From the NCBI RefSeq assembly GCF_000143415.4, contig NW_003314295.1, positions 995,038 to 1,059,037 on the forward strand: 64,000 bases of DNA, given 5' to 3'. The translations under genes and the position numbers were made by a program. Positions within the stretch are counted from its first letter, which is position 1; the number at the start of each line of letters is the position of its first letter. Positions 1 to 10,571 of the stretch are shown one piece after another. The DNA comes from Selaginella moellendorffii (taxonomy: Eukaryota; Plantae; Lycopodiophyta). The notes beneath the pieces are model-generated. The model was not told the DNA's origin, did no database searches, and saw only the letters and a program-made list of their open reading frames with translations.

Positions 1-127
1 TCCTTGAGGAATAGTATGTCAAGAGGACATAACTCTCCACTACAGTTCATGTGTGAATTTGTAGGCGGTATGGTGGAAGAAAAGGGCCAATAATGGAACA
101 ACTTTATGATTTTAGGAATAGTATAAG

Positions 128-415
128 ATGCTTTATTTTGTTAAAGTGGAACTTATTCAGTAAAGTGGGACATTAATTAGCATGTGTCCACATGCCATTT
201 CCTAGTACTTAATTAATATTTATTAATATTTCTATCAGTTTTTTAATTTATTTTTTTATATTTCACAATATTATAACACAAAATCATATGAAAAGTTTTT
301 AATTTATAAATTATAAAGCTAAAACTTCAATTTTTTATTGTTGTTATAAAAATGGCATGTGGCCACACACCATAAGTGGGATAATGAAAAGTTCCACTTT
401 AACAAAATAAAGCAT
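128..415. mobile_element. MITE-like non-autonomous DNA transposon (288 bp) inserted in the gypsy internal region
   Basis: 27-bp perfect terminal inverted repeats ATGCTTTATTTTGTTAAAGTGGAACTT (128-154) / AAGTTCCACTTTAACAAAATAAAGCAT (389-415); subterminal IR CACATGCCATTT/AAATGGCATGTG; AT-rich core; flanked by TAAG at 124-127 and 416-419. Confidence 0.85.
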
Positions 416-980
416 TAAGGTTTTCTTCAGAAAGTTGAGGATATAATCCAGATGAATGTTTGACTAAGAAAAACTGGCTAATGTAGTTGTGGTAAACAAC
501 TATAGTTGGCATCACAGGAAAGATAAAGACTCCAAAACAATAAAGGAGTCACAAGATTATCCTCATATAGTTGAGGCTAATGCTCATGAAATTAAGACTG
601 AAATTAATGATCGTGAGAGGTCAAATATGGATGAGGACACAAGTCCTTGAAATGGTAGCCAGGGCTACTTTTTAAATGTTAGACAAGGAGATAGGGGTGT
701 ACTTAGAGGATGACTTAGTATTCTCATCATAGGGACGAATAGTTCTAATGGGCAAAGGTAGCTCACAGGGAATGGAAAATAATCAAGTGTTGGAGTAACA
801 CTTTCAAAGATGGTCCTTATGAGTAGGACACGAATATAAGAAGTTGTATTCCAGAAAGCTGACACCTCAAAAGTAGGACCTTACAGGTCATTGGATTCGC
901 AAAGTCCAAAGATGCTAGATGACTCAGGTAGAGTCAAGAATGGTCCTAAGGGATTGGTAAAAGCATTTGGACTGAGGTGC

Positions 981-1721
981 TGTAAGCAACCAAAGGGAAC
1001 GATTCGAGAGACGATCCGTTGGGGTTCAAATATAAAGGGAAAGGGCCCATGAACAAGAGTGCACCCCCTTTTCCAATCGGTTAAGGGTCTTGGGATACTT
1101 GGGGTTAAGCGTCCTTGGGTTTGAATAGTACTGGGCTGGGTGACCTCTCGGGAAGTCCAAACCCAGGAGCTTACATTTGGTATCGGAGCGGTCTCGGGTC
1201 CGACTCTGTTAGTTGGCTAGGGGAATCACACCACATGTTGATTGACATCTGGCTGGTCCAATTTGCTCCCGCTGGGCTCGACCCAAGGGAGAGTTGCGGC
1301 TCTCAGCTTCTGTTCACGAGGGCATGAACTTGCAAAGAAGCGTGGTGGATTATAAGCAACTAAAGGGAACCGGGTCCGACTCTGTTAGTTGGCTAGGGGA
1401 ATCACACCACATGTTGATTAACATCTGGCTGGTCCAGTTTGCTCCCGCTAGGCTTGACCCAAGGGAGAGCTGCGGCTCTCAGCTTCCGTTCACGAGGGCA
1501 TGAACTTGTAGGGAAGCGTGGTGAATTATAAGCAACTAAAGGGAACGATTCAAGAGGCGATCCGTTAGGGTTCAAATATAGAGGGAAAGGGCCCATGAAC
1601 AAGAGTGCACCCCCTTTTCCAATCGGTTAAGGGTCTTGGGATACTTGGGGTTAAGCGTCCTTGGGTTTGAATAGTACTGGGCTGGGTGACCTCCCGGGAA
1701 GTCCAAACTCAGGAGCTTACA
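981..1721 (+). mobile_element. Cassandra TRIM retrotransposon with 5S-rRNA-derived segment in LTRs
   Basis: 195-bp LTRs at 981-1175 and 1527-1721 (TGTAAGC...GCTTACA; the 3' copy starts TATAAGC). tRNA-Met-type PBS TGGTATCGGAGC at 1178-1189; 5-bp TSD GGTGC at 976-980 and 1722-1726. LTR contains GTTAAGCGTCCTTGGG...AGTACTGGGCTGGGTGACCTC..GGGAAGTCC, matching plant 5S rRNA. Confidence 0.93.
1104..1158 (+). promoter_or_regulatory. 5S rRNA-derived Pol III internal control region (A box/IE/C box) in Cassandra 5' LTR; second copy ~1650-1704
   Basis: Aligns by eye to the plant 5S core GTTAAGCGTGCTTGGGCGAGAGTAGTACTAGGATGGGTGACCTCCTGGGAAGTCC; not a full-length 5S gene. Confidence 0.85.
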
Positions 1722-4700
1722 GGTGCGTTGTGCCTCATGAAGGATAGGGAGGATCATAAGATTCAAGTATGAGAACAATGGGTATCTCATTAATAGCAAA
1801 ATATACTATATTAGTCGTGGGAAAGGTGTTCCTAGAAGAAAGCAACTTTGACACAAAATTGTGTGTAAACACTATAGTGCAGCGCTAACGGATAGTTGGC
1901 ATGAGAAACAACTGTATTGGTCTTGGCAAAGACCTAAACATAAGTAAGAAGTGTCATAAAAGTAGGCTCGTGGAGCTGATGGTGTGGAGATATTGAATGT
2001 GTCAAGGCGTGATGCCTTGAGGTCAAGTTGGCAAGTTCATGAGAACCCCTTCCCAAAAATGAAAATGGGAATGACATAACCTAAGCTGGAAAGCATGCGG
2101 TTGGAGGGTGGTAACCCAAAAAATGATGGAGGTGTGAAAGCACTAGTAATGAGTTGTAGGACTTAACAATTATGAGGCAACTAAGCAAAACATGCAAAAT
2201 AAATTATTGAATTAATAGAAGGTAACTAACTAAGACCTTTTATTGGGATAAAGAAGTTAAAGACATTAAGACACCCAAACACTCTAAAACATTAAGAAGT
2301 GGTGTTTGGTATTATAAGAGCATTAGATAAGGCTTAAGGGACTAAATCCCTAGTGAATGATGGATAAGAAATGGTATCCAACGTCCAAGGCTATGGAGAC
2401 AGAAAAAATCCATTTATTCAAATTGAACAAAGCCAAAAAGAGATTTTGGCAAGCTAGTGATGGGTATATAAAGGCCCATAAGTAGCAATGTTAATCCCGG
2501 TGTGTGGGATTACAAGGTGAGCGTCCCCAAATTGAGGAACCACTCCCTAAGCTATTAGGTAAGTTCATCTCTAAGAATACTTGTTAATGCATGGTAAAAA
2601 GTGCAAAGCTATCTTCCTAATCTGGAGGAGAATAACCGAAAAAAATGTGTGAGGCCAAAAGTAAGTAATAAGAGGATAAAACCGAACCAAGGGCATAACC
2701 AAGGGTGGTTATACAAGTTGAGAGTGGAGAATCAAGTGGGTGCTCGAACATGTTGTTACTAACAACCATGATGCCATGGAGAGTTTAAAGCATAGAATTG
2801 TCCATGTTAGACCATATAATAATTAAAAAACTTGCAAAAGGAGAGGCTTTAGCAAACTAAGGGATAGAGTTTCTTTAAGGTTCCCAAAGACAATTCTAGG
2901 TAATTTAGTACTTAGAAAGCCAAGTGTAAATGGTTCATAAAACGTGCGAAATCATAGTGGCACAATAGAAGCATGGTTTTGAAGCTTGCTATAAGACAAG
3001 GCTATCAAAGTTGGGGAAATAATTCCTAAGTGTTCAAAGGGATGGCTTTAAATGAAAGTTGATAGTCAAGGACCTTCACGTTTATGCATGAAACCATGTT
3101 ATGTTGGTCGGATGACTTGCTAAACGAAATTGGCAAGTCAATGAAACAAATCCCCTAGTTAAAGGTGCTAACTTTCAAAAGAGGTGGCCCATAAGGAGTC
3201 CATGCATGATCACAAACTTGTCAAATGAAAGGACTTGGCAGTGCGGAGGAATTAAGTTCCTAAGCTGTGATATATAGCACACTTTAAGTATAAATTGGTG
3301 CACCGGTATGAAGAGTCATGCCAGGCATTCTAGGTGATGCCGTCCGTAAATGCATATATGAAAGTTGGGTTCTAGTGCATGGGTTTGAGTCCCAATTCAC
3401 TAGAGCTTCGTGATGGTTTAGAATATGAGGACACTCATTTTTCGGTGGTCATGGATTCTCAGGAAAGAAACTGGTTTAGGCACACTGCCAAACGAGAGAT
3501 GCCCCAAAGTCGTGATGCACGGTTAGATTGCTTAGTGTGGCTTAGCATATATAACTTGAACACTTTGGTGCAAGTGGCACCAAAGACATGGTGAATGAGA
3601 TGGGGATACCCAGTTTCAGTTGTTATGAACCCTTCGCTGGAAAGGCTGGCTTGGGTGCACCGCCATGTGTGGGGGATACCCCCAGGGTCATGGTCAACAA
3701 GTTAAAAGTTTGGAAAACCTAGTACCTATTGGCAAACCTATTAAGGTGACCAAGGTTAGATCACTAGGTGATCTTATAGCTAAACAAAGACAATGTCTTT
3801 GTGAGGTTGAGGAATAAAGTTCTTAGTTCAAAGTGTTAATTTGAACTATTGATAATGGTGTGGCTTGGTCGAAGTGACCAAATGGGAAAAACACCTAAAG
3901 AGAAATCAATTGTGCCAATATGATGGTATAATGAGTCCAAGAAAGTAGTCTATAGGAAAGACTTATGAGAGGGTCGCAAAATTAGGCCATCAATATAGCC
4001 CATAGCAGAAAATGCTAAAGAGATCTACTAGGGGTGAGCACCCTTTGGACTTGGCAAAATAAAGCCTTTACCATGGAACCAAAAGGATATTTCGAGAATG
4101 GAGGTAGTGATCCTATGTTGCTTGGTGCAACAATCAATGGATAAAAGCAAAAAACTAATGGATATTTTGGATGCTAACGAATTATGGGAAAAGAAATATG
4201 TTTCCAAGGATGGATTCCCAAATGCTCCAATTTGGTAAAGGTGAAAACTCCAAAGGATGGCATAGCAAAGTAGCCAAATGATAGGGTTGTGGATAACTCT
4301 AACACAACTTATGATAATTGGAATTTAGTGCCAAAGGTGGCATGAAATAGAAAAAAGGATAATAGTGCCCTCAAGTAAAGAATTTCCTAGGATAAGGAAG
4401 TGGAGTTTTCACAAAATGTGCAATGAAAGGTGTTGGAAACACCTAAGAAATTGACTTTGAAAAGTCAAGATTAAAAGTTCCAAAGAGGAATGGTTATATC
4501 GATAGAGGTTGAGACCACTCGAGAATGTGTAGGTGGGATTGAGATAAAGAAGGTGTCTTTAACGGGTTTAGCTAGAACTAAACAAATAAAAGGGAGAGAC
4601 CCACCCTAAGTGGTCGAATGAGTCTTTATGTTGGACAAACTATGTTCCTTAGAGGACGGACAACGCATGGTGAGCCTTTAGTGTCAAACCATTGACAAAT

Positions 4701-5027
4701 ATTGAATGGGTGCCAAAGATGAAAAGGTAATACATGTTAGTGTTACTTTATAAAAGGGTTTATTGTTCAATGAGGACACATTTATGGGTGGTGGAGTTGT
4801 GAGACATAAAATCCCTAAACCCCAAAGAGGAGCTGAAAGGGTGCCATATAGTAGTGGCTATGGTGGAAGCCAAATGAATGCAACACATATGGACTAAATG
4901 CTTTGACTTAAAAAGTCGAGAGCGAGAGTGGAACTCCCAACAAAGGGCTTAAAGAATGAACACAAAGCGAGCAATAAGTGAGTCTCTAAAAAAGAAACAC
5001 AAAAGGACCAACACGTAACATGTGGAA

Positions 5028-5246
5028 GGAGTCCGAGATGGAGTCCAAGATGGAGTCCGAAATGGACCCAAGATGGAGTCTGAGATGGATCCGAGATGGA
5101 CCCGAGATGGAGTTCGAGATGGAGTTCGAGATGGACCCGAGATGGAGTTCGAGATGGAGTCTGAGATGGAACCAAGACCAAGACCAAGACTGAGTCCGAG
5201 TCCAAAACCGAAACCGAACTGAGTCCAAGTCCGAGTCCAAGTCCAA
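5028..5246 (+). repeat. Tandem 12-bp (GAGATGGAGTCC-like) and 6-bp (CCAAGA/CCGAGT) repeat array inside LTR
   Basis: Directly visible repeats; they explain the spurious low-complexity ORFs at 4894-5494. Confidence 0.9.
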
Positions 5247-5986
5247 ATACTAATACAGAGTGTTGGATGAGAGCCCAAAGCGATCGTCCCGCAAGGGGAG
5301 GGGGTTGTAGAGGTTCCAAAAGTATAATATGGAGAGTGTGGGGGTTGAACCCCAGTGGAGCCAGTTTGGCCAGAAAAGGCTAGTTTGGCCCAGAAAAGCC
5401 ATACCCATCTTTTGGGTGATGAGATGACCACTGGGAAGTCCAAGGCTAAAGTGAATATGGATTGATAAGCGGGGTAGCTTAGTGAAGTGTTCAAGAGTTA
5501 ATTCTAGTTCCCCTGGGAGATCAAATGGTTGATGCTACCAATCCAACTATGGGTGGCACTACCTACTTGGATACCTAGCGTGGCTCAATGGAACCTCGCT
5601 CTAAGCCCATAGCTATAGCACCCAAAGGCAGAAGGCTGGGAGAGTATCCACAAGGCTCACGTAGGGCCATGGTGTTCCAAAATGTTGTCCCAGAGTTCCA
5701 AATGGTGGAAAGGAAGGAAAGCAATCATTTGGTGTAGTGACTAAGGATGTGGTCACATGACAAGGAAGTCCTAGAGAATAAAGGGACTTAGTGGTTAGGC
5801 CTGTGGGCCTTGATTTAGTGGCAGTGTTGGCAAACATGGCCATGGATAGAAATGTGGGGACCAAAAAAGGGATATTAGGGAAGGTTATTCCCTATATCTG
5901 CAGGCATCCTAGAGACGCTAAAGAGTGGATCTGGGATGATCACTCATAGACGGATGGCCCAGTCTTTGAGAGATAGGACTGTGATG

Positions 5987-6270
5987 TGTAAGCCACAAAT
6001 TTTTCCTTTTCAATTTGCCAGCTTACCTCGTCTATCCGTCCAACACTGCCTTGGCTTTTGCTAAGTTCCCTTGCCAAGGTTCTCGCCTATGGTACCAGCT
6101 CCTACTTGGTCTCAGCTACTCACTGCACGAGCAACGAAGTGTTAGCCATCCATCCACGGATTCCCAAATCACTCCCAATCCCCCTCCCTGGGTTAGACTA
6201 GACTTTAGGTTCAGCTACACTCCCCGCAAGCACAAGCAGCCAAGCACACCAAGCTTCCAGGTTCCTAACA
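5987..6270 (+). mobile_element. Putative LTR of a second, unrelated retroelement (TG...CA, 284 bp) with truncated internal sequence to ~6612
   Basis: TGTAAG start, CCTAACA end, followed by TCCCTTGGTACCAC (weak PBS-like); no similarity seen to the 9265-9625 LTR. Confidence 0.4.
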
Positions 6271-6642
6271 TCCCTTGGTACCACAAGACTTGATCATGGG
6301 ACCCTCTAAATCCCAAGTCTTGAGTGCAACACTTGCTCCGGGACGCCGGGGCGAAACACCGTGGCCTAGCGGCCCAGTATGGGTACCTCTACCCCCCCAC
6401 TTCCATCCCGAAGGAAGGCCCAAGCCCCTAGTAAGGGCGAGGACCAATGAGCCGCATGGTACTTAGGTGGGGCACCACTCCACATGAGCCGGGAGCACCG
6501 CAATCGGTTTCAGTCTCAGCCTCAAGTCGGTTTGAAAGCCCAACTAGAGAGTCCCTTCAAAACTGGTTCCTGGACCTCACTATCCCTACTATACTTTTGG
6601 AACCCCCTGCAGCCCCCCCCCCCCCCCCCCCCCCTGCACAAT

Positions 6643-8289
6643 CTAGTGATCAATGAATTTGCGGTAGAAGTTGGCGAAGCCAAGGAAAACCTGAACGTCC
6701 GACATTGATTGTGGAGGCTCCCATTCGAGAATAGTCTTGACTTTGGCAGGATCCATCGTGATACCCTCAGGAGTGACAATGTACCCAAGGAACTCCACAA
6801 ACTGCTGATCAAAGGAACATTTCTCAAGCTTTGCGTATAGGCTGTGTTCTCGCAACTTCGCTAGCACCTTGCGTACATGTCCGTCATGCTCCTCCTGAGT
6901 TTTTTAGTAGATGAGGATGTCATCGAGGTAGACGATCACCATCTGATCAAGAAACTCCCGAAAGACGTCGTTCGCCATGTGTTGGAAAACTGCTGGAGCA
7001 TTTGTCAAGCCAAATGGCATGACAGTGTACTCGAAGTGGCCATAGCGGGTTTGGAACGCAGTCTTCCATTCATCACCAGGCCGGATCCAGATCAGGTTGT
7101 ATGCTCCACGGAGGTCGATCTTGGTGAAGAAGCGGGCACCGCCGAGGCGTTCCAACAGGTCCGAGATCAGGGGCAGCGGATAACGGTTCCGAACAGTCAC
7201 TTTGTTCAAACCTCGGTAGTCGATGACTAGCCGCAAGCTCCCATCCTTCTTCTTGACAAAGAAGACAGGCGCTCTAGCCAGGGACTGCGAATGCTGAATG
7301 TAGCCCGAGGCAAGGTTCTCATCCACGTACTCTTTGAGGGCCTTAAGCTCAGACGGGGATAACCCGTAGATAGGCCCCCACGGAGGTGACGCTCCTTCCT
7401 GTAAATCAATGGGACAATCATAAGGCCGATGAACAGGCAGTACACTAGCTTTTTTCTTGTCAAACACATCCCCAAAATCATGATACTTCTCAGGAAGACT
7501 GACAGGAGAAACATGCAAAGCAAAAAGAAAAAGAGGTTCTTCATGAAGGAGTTCTTTCATAGTGATTGTGGAGATAGGAGGAGGCGTACGACTAAATGGA
7601 ATGATGAGACGAGGATACGGTCCAGTGTAAGATGGAAGAGAGGAAAAAGAAGAGGGTGAAAACTTTATAGAGTCAGGAATAGAACCCCGATTTGAGTTTA
7701 GGGAACTTTTCCTGATTCGGACTCGATGAACAGCAGGGGAAGCCGTGGGAGAGATGAGCTGTAATTCCTTCCAACAGATCTGAGGCTGATGTAGTTGGAA
7801 CCATGGAAGACCGAGCACCACAGAGGAAGACTTGCTATTGATGATGTTGAAGGCGATATCGGTGACGGTGGACCCGATGTGTACTCGAACTGGCAACGTT
7901 TCCCTAAGTCCAGAAGATGGAGACACAAAATGCCCGCCGATGCCTTCAACCCTTAAATCCCGTATGGTAGGAGAAAGAGGAACGTGATGTCGGGCAGCAA
8001 AGTCCGTGTCCATGAAGCAGGAAGTTGCACCTGAGTCCAGTAACGCCAGAGCCTTGAGTCCTGATTGTCCGGTGAAAGAAAGGAGACATGGGACGCGGAA
8101 GTTGCGGGAATTGGTGGTGGCTTTGATGAAAGGTGGTGAGGAGCTTGATAAAGAAGAAAAGTGATTTTTATTCGGGGAGTCCAAACAAACAGCTCCTACT
8201 CTGTTTGGATAGGGTCGTTTCCCGACTGCAATAGAGGTGGACTTTGAGGCAGAGTGAACTCGAGCAGTCAAGGAGGCTTCTTGGGACAT
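6643..8289 (-). pseudogene. Ty3/gypsy (Tf1/sushi/chromovirus-like) pol: aspartic protease + reverse transcriptase; truncated before RNase H/integrase
   Basis: [10 protein letters not shown] protease motif; RT motifs [50 protein letters not shown]. An in-frame TAA at 6904-6906 splits RT; the sequence ends at a poly-C tract near 6635. Confidence 0.93.
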
Positions 8290-9017
8290 ACAGCTGCTTT
8301 GTGATTAGGATCAGCACAATAGAGGCAAAGATTATGAGATATTCGACGTTGCTTCTCAGCAGGACTCAACTTCCCTCTAATGAGTCGGGGAGTACCAGAA
8401 ATATCCATCGGAACCGGAGTAGTAGGTTCAAGAGTATGCCCCGAAGACTCAAGCTGGGATTCCTGAGTCTGGGACGGAAAAACAGCGGCGCGGCGACTTT
8501 CCTGACGACGTTCAAAGAGACGATTGTCACATCGAACAGCTTTGTTGATGGCATCCAACAGGTCCTTGGGATCCTCCATGGTGAGCAACAAATCCTTGAC
8601 ACCGTTGTTGAGACCGAAACGAAATTGGTCAATCAGGGCTCGCTCATCCCACTGAGTGTCCAAGGCAAGGAGTTGGAACTCTGCAGCGTAGATTGAGGCA
8701 GGACGAGACCCTTGAGAGAGCCATCTCATCTTTGTGGTAGCAGCCCGAACCCGATCCGTCTCGCCAAAACATGCTTCGAGCTTCTCTTTGAACAATTGAA
8801 GATCCATCAGCTCCGGAACCACAACCCCTTTCATGCTCTTCTCCAGAAGAGGAGAAAACCATGACAAAGCTGCACCCTCGAGCAATGTCCCAATCGCGCC
8901 GATTTGAGACTCGGGAGTGGGGTACCGCCGATGTTGAAGTGCAAAGATCAGCTCCATTTGGTTCAAAAATCCACGAAGCTCCGAACGCTTGCCTGAAAAT
9001 TTCGCCGGGAAACTCAC
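8217..9017 (-). pseudogene. Retrotransposon gag (capsid + CCHC knuckle), PEG10/sushi-like
   Basis: [52 protein letters not shown]; TGA at 8268-8270 upstream of an in-frame G GGA AAC slippery site (8223-8217). Confidence 0.9.
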
Positions 9018-9264
9018 CTTCGGTTCAGGAACTTTGCTGGATCCTTGAGCCGAAAGTGAAGCAAGCTCCTACTGCATGCGAAGAAGGGTCGCCTTCAGCT
9101 CGGTATTCTCAGACTGGATTTTTGCAAGGACTTCGGCAAAGAAATCAGGATGGCTTGGAGACTCCATTGGCAAGAAGAAAGAAAAGAAAGGGGGAAAAAG
9201 ACAAAGGCAATCAAATAATCAAAACAAGCTAAAAGAAAAGCAAAAACCACAATCTGAATCAAAC

Positions 9265-9625
9265 TGTCAAGACCCCCAACAAGATCAAGACTGGAAAATG
9301 CTAAAGACAAAGAGAAAAAGCTAGTGAAAACAAAGAAGAAGCCTTAAACTGATGTTGATTTAGATTGTGGAGAAATGGAACAAGGCTAACCTATATATAC
9401 TATAGGTTGATGAAGCTCCACCACTCTTGGATCGAGGACGGCCTAAATATAGCTGAGGTCGAGGAGGCGCCACATCATCATCAGGAATGTGGCTCGAGAC
9501 TCAGGAATCGGGAAGTGTCTCGAGAGTCAGGAATAGGGAAGTGTCTCGAGAGTCAGGAATGTGGTCTGCAGGTCAGGAATCCGGCGAGAGTCAGGAATGT
9601 GGCAAGAATTGGGGGATTCCTGACA
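9265..9625 (-). mobile_element. 5' LTR (361 bp) of the Tf1/sushi-like element
   Basis: Termini TGTCA...TGACA; TATA (CTATATATAC, 9391-9400); ~25-bp internal repeats CGAGAGTCAGGAAT.GGGAAGTGTCT (9495-9600); located upstream of gag on the minus strand. Confidence 0.85.
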
Positions 9626-10014
9626 GATGCCATTCTCGGGGATAGCAAGCCCCAAGTCCGGAATAGGATTTATGGAGGTTGTGAGTGAGACTCCTTCAAG
9701 TGGTCGGAGGTGTGGTTAAGTGACTAAAGTAAAATGAAAAATTTAATCACTTACAATTTGGTATCAGAGTTGTTTCTTAGTCTAACTCTTATTGATGGCC
9801 AAGTATATCACCACTTATATTGGAATTGGAAAGTCTAAGGTATGAACCTATCCTTAAGGAGTAGCATGTCAAGAGGACATAGGTCTCCACTGGTATTTGG
9901 TATTTGATGCAAGATAGTATAAGTGTCTTCCTTTTGTGTACACTAATCTAGTTGAGGTGAATTACTTAGGACGCAATATATATATGATTTTAATTTTAAG
10001 GGTAAGAGTATATA

Positions 10015-10571
10015 TGTAAACAATAAAAATAATGATTTGAGAGATAATTCATAAAGGTTCAAATATAGAGGGAAAGAGCTCATGAATATGAGTGCACTCC
10101 TTTTTCCAATTGATTATAGGTTTTAGGATACTTAGGGTTAAACGTCTTTAATACTAAACTAGGTGACTTCTTGGGAAGTCAACTTACATTTATTATCAAA
10201 GAGTTTTTGGGTTTGAATCTATTAGTTAGTTGAGGAATTAGACCACATATTGAGATTGACATTTGACAATATATTTTGCTCTTGCTAGGCTAAATTTAAG
10301 GGATAGGGTGTCAAGAGAGTTGCACCTTTTATCTTCCATTTACGATGGCGTAAACTTGAAAAGAAGCATGATGAATTATAAATAATGAAAGAGAATAATT
10401 TGAGATATAATCTATAAAGGTTTAAATATAAAGAAAACGGGTTTATGACCATGAGTGCACCTTTTTTTTCCAATAAATTAAGAGTTTTGGGATACTTTGG
10501 GAAAATGTCTTTTAGTTTGAGTAATATTGGGTTATGTGATATCTCAGAAAGTCCAAATTCAAGAGTTTATA
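10015..10571 (+). mobile_element. Old, heavily mutated Cassandra TRIM copy
   Basis: Two degenerate LTRs (GGTTCAAATATAGAGGGAAAG, ATGAGTGCAC.CCTTTTTCCAAT, GGATACTT, GGGAAGTC/AAAGTCCAAA) and an internal region colinear with 981-1721; flanks ATATA/ATATC. Confidence 0.8.

Larger units (their letters stand above)
1..4797 (+). mobile_element. Decayed Ty3/gypsy LTR retrotransposon internal region (gag-pol relic, many stops/deletions)
   Basis: No long ORF, but RNase H remnants (DHKLVK at ~3208, FKYKLVHR at ~3283) and integrase-like remnants (KTYERV ~3958, IKPLP ~4058). A purine-rich tract ATGGGTGGTGGAGT immediately precedes TGTGAG at 4798. Bases 1-41 match 9851-9891, which lie just downstream of a PBS. 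Confidence 0.65.
4798..9755 (+). mobile_element. LTR of host gypsy element (4798-5986 + 9626-9755), interrupted by nested insertion, followed by tRNA-iMet PBS
   Basis: Starts TGTGAG after a polypurine tract; ends CTTACA at 9755, followed by PBS TGGTATCAGAG (9759-9769); contains internal tandem repeats. Confidence 0.65.

Noticed and set aside
1104-1158. 5S rRNA gene
   Set aside because: Only a ~55-bp core embedded in LTRs with PBS and TSD; it is a Cassandra component, not an rRNA gene.
5028-5246. CRISPR-like or coding repeat
   Set aside because: Contiguous 6/12-bp tandem units without unique spacers, inside a plant LTR; the ORFs are repeat artefacts.
9480-9600. Repeat-spacer array
   Set aside because: Short degenerate tandem repeats in the U3 region of an LTR.
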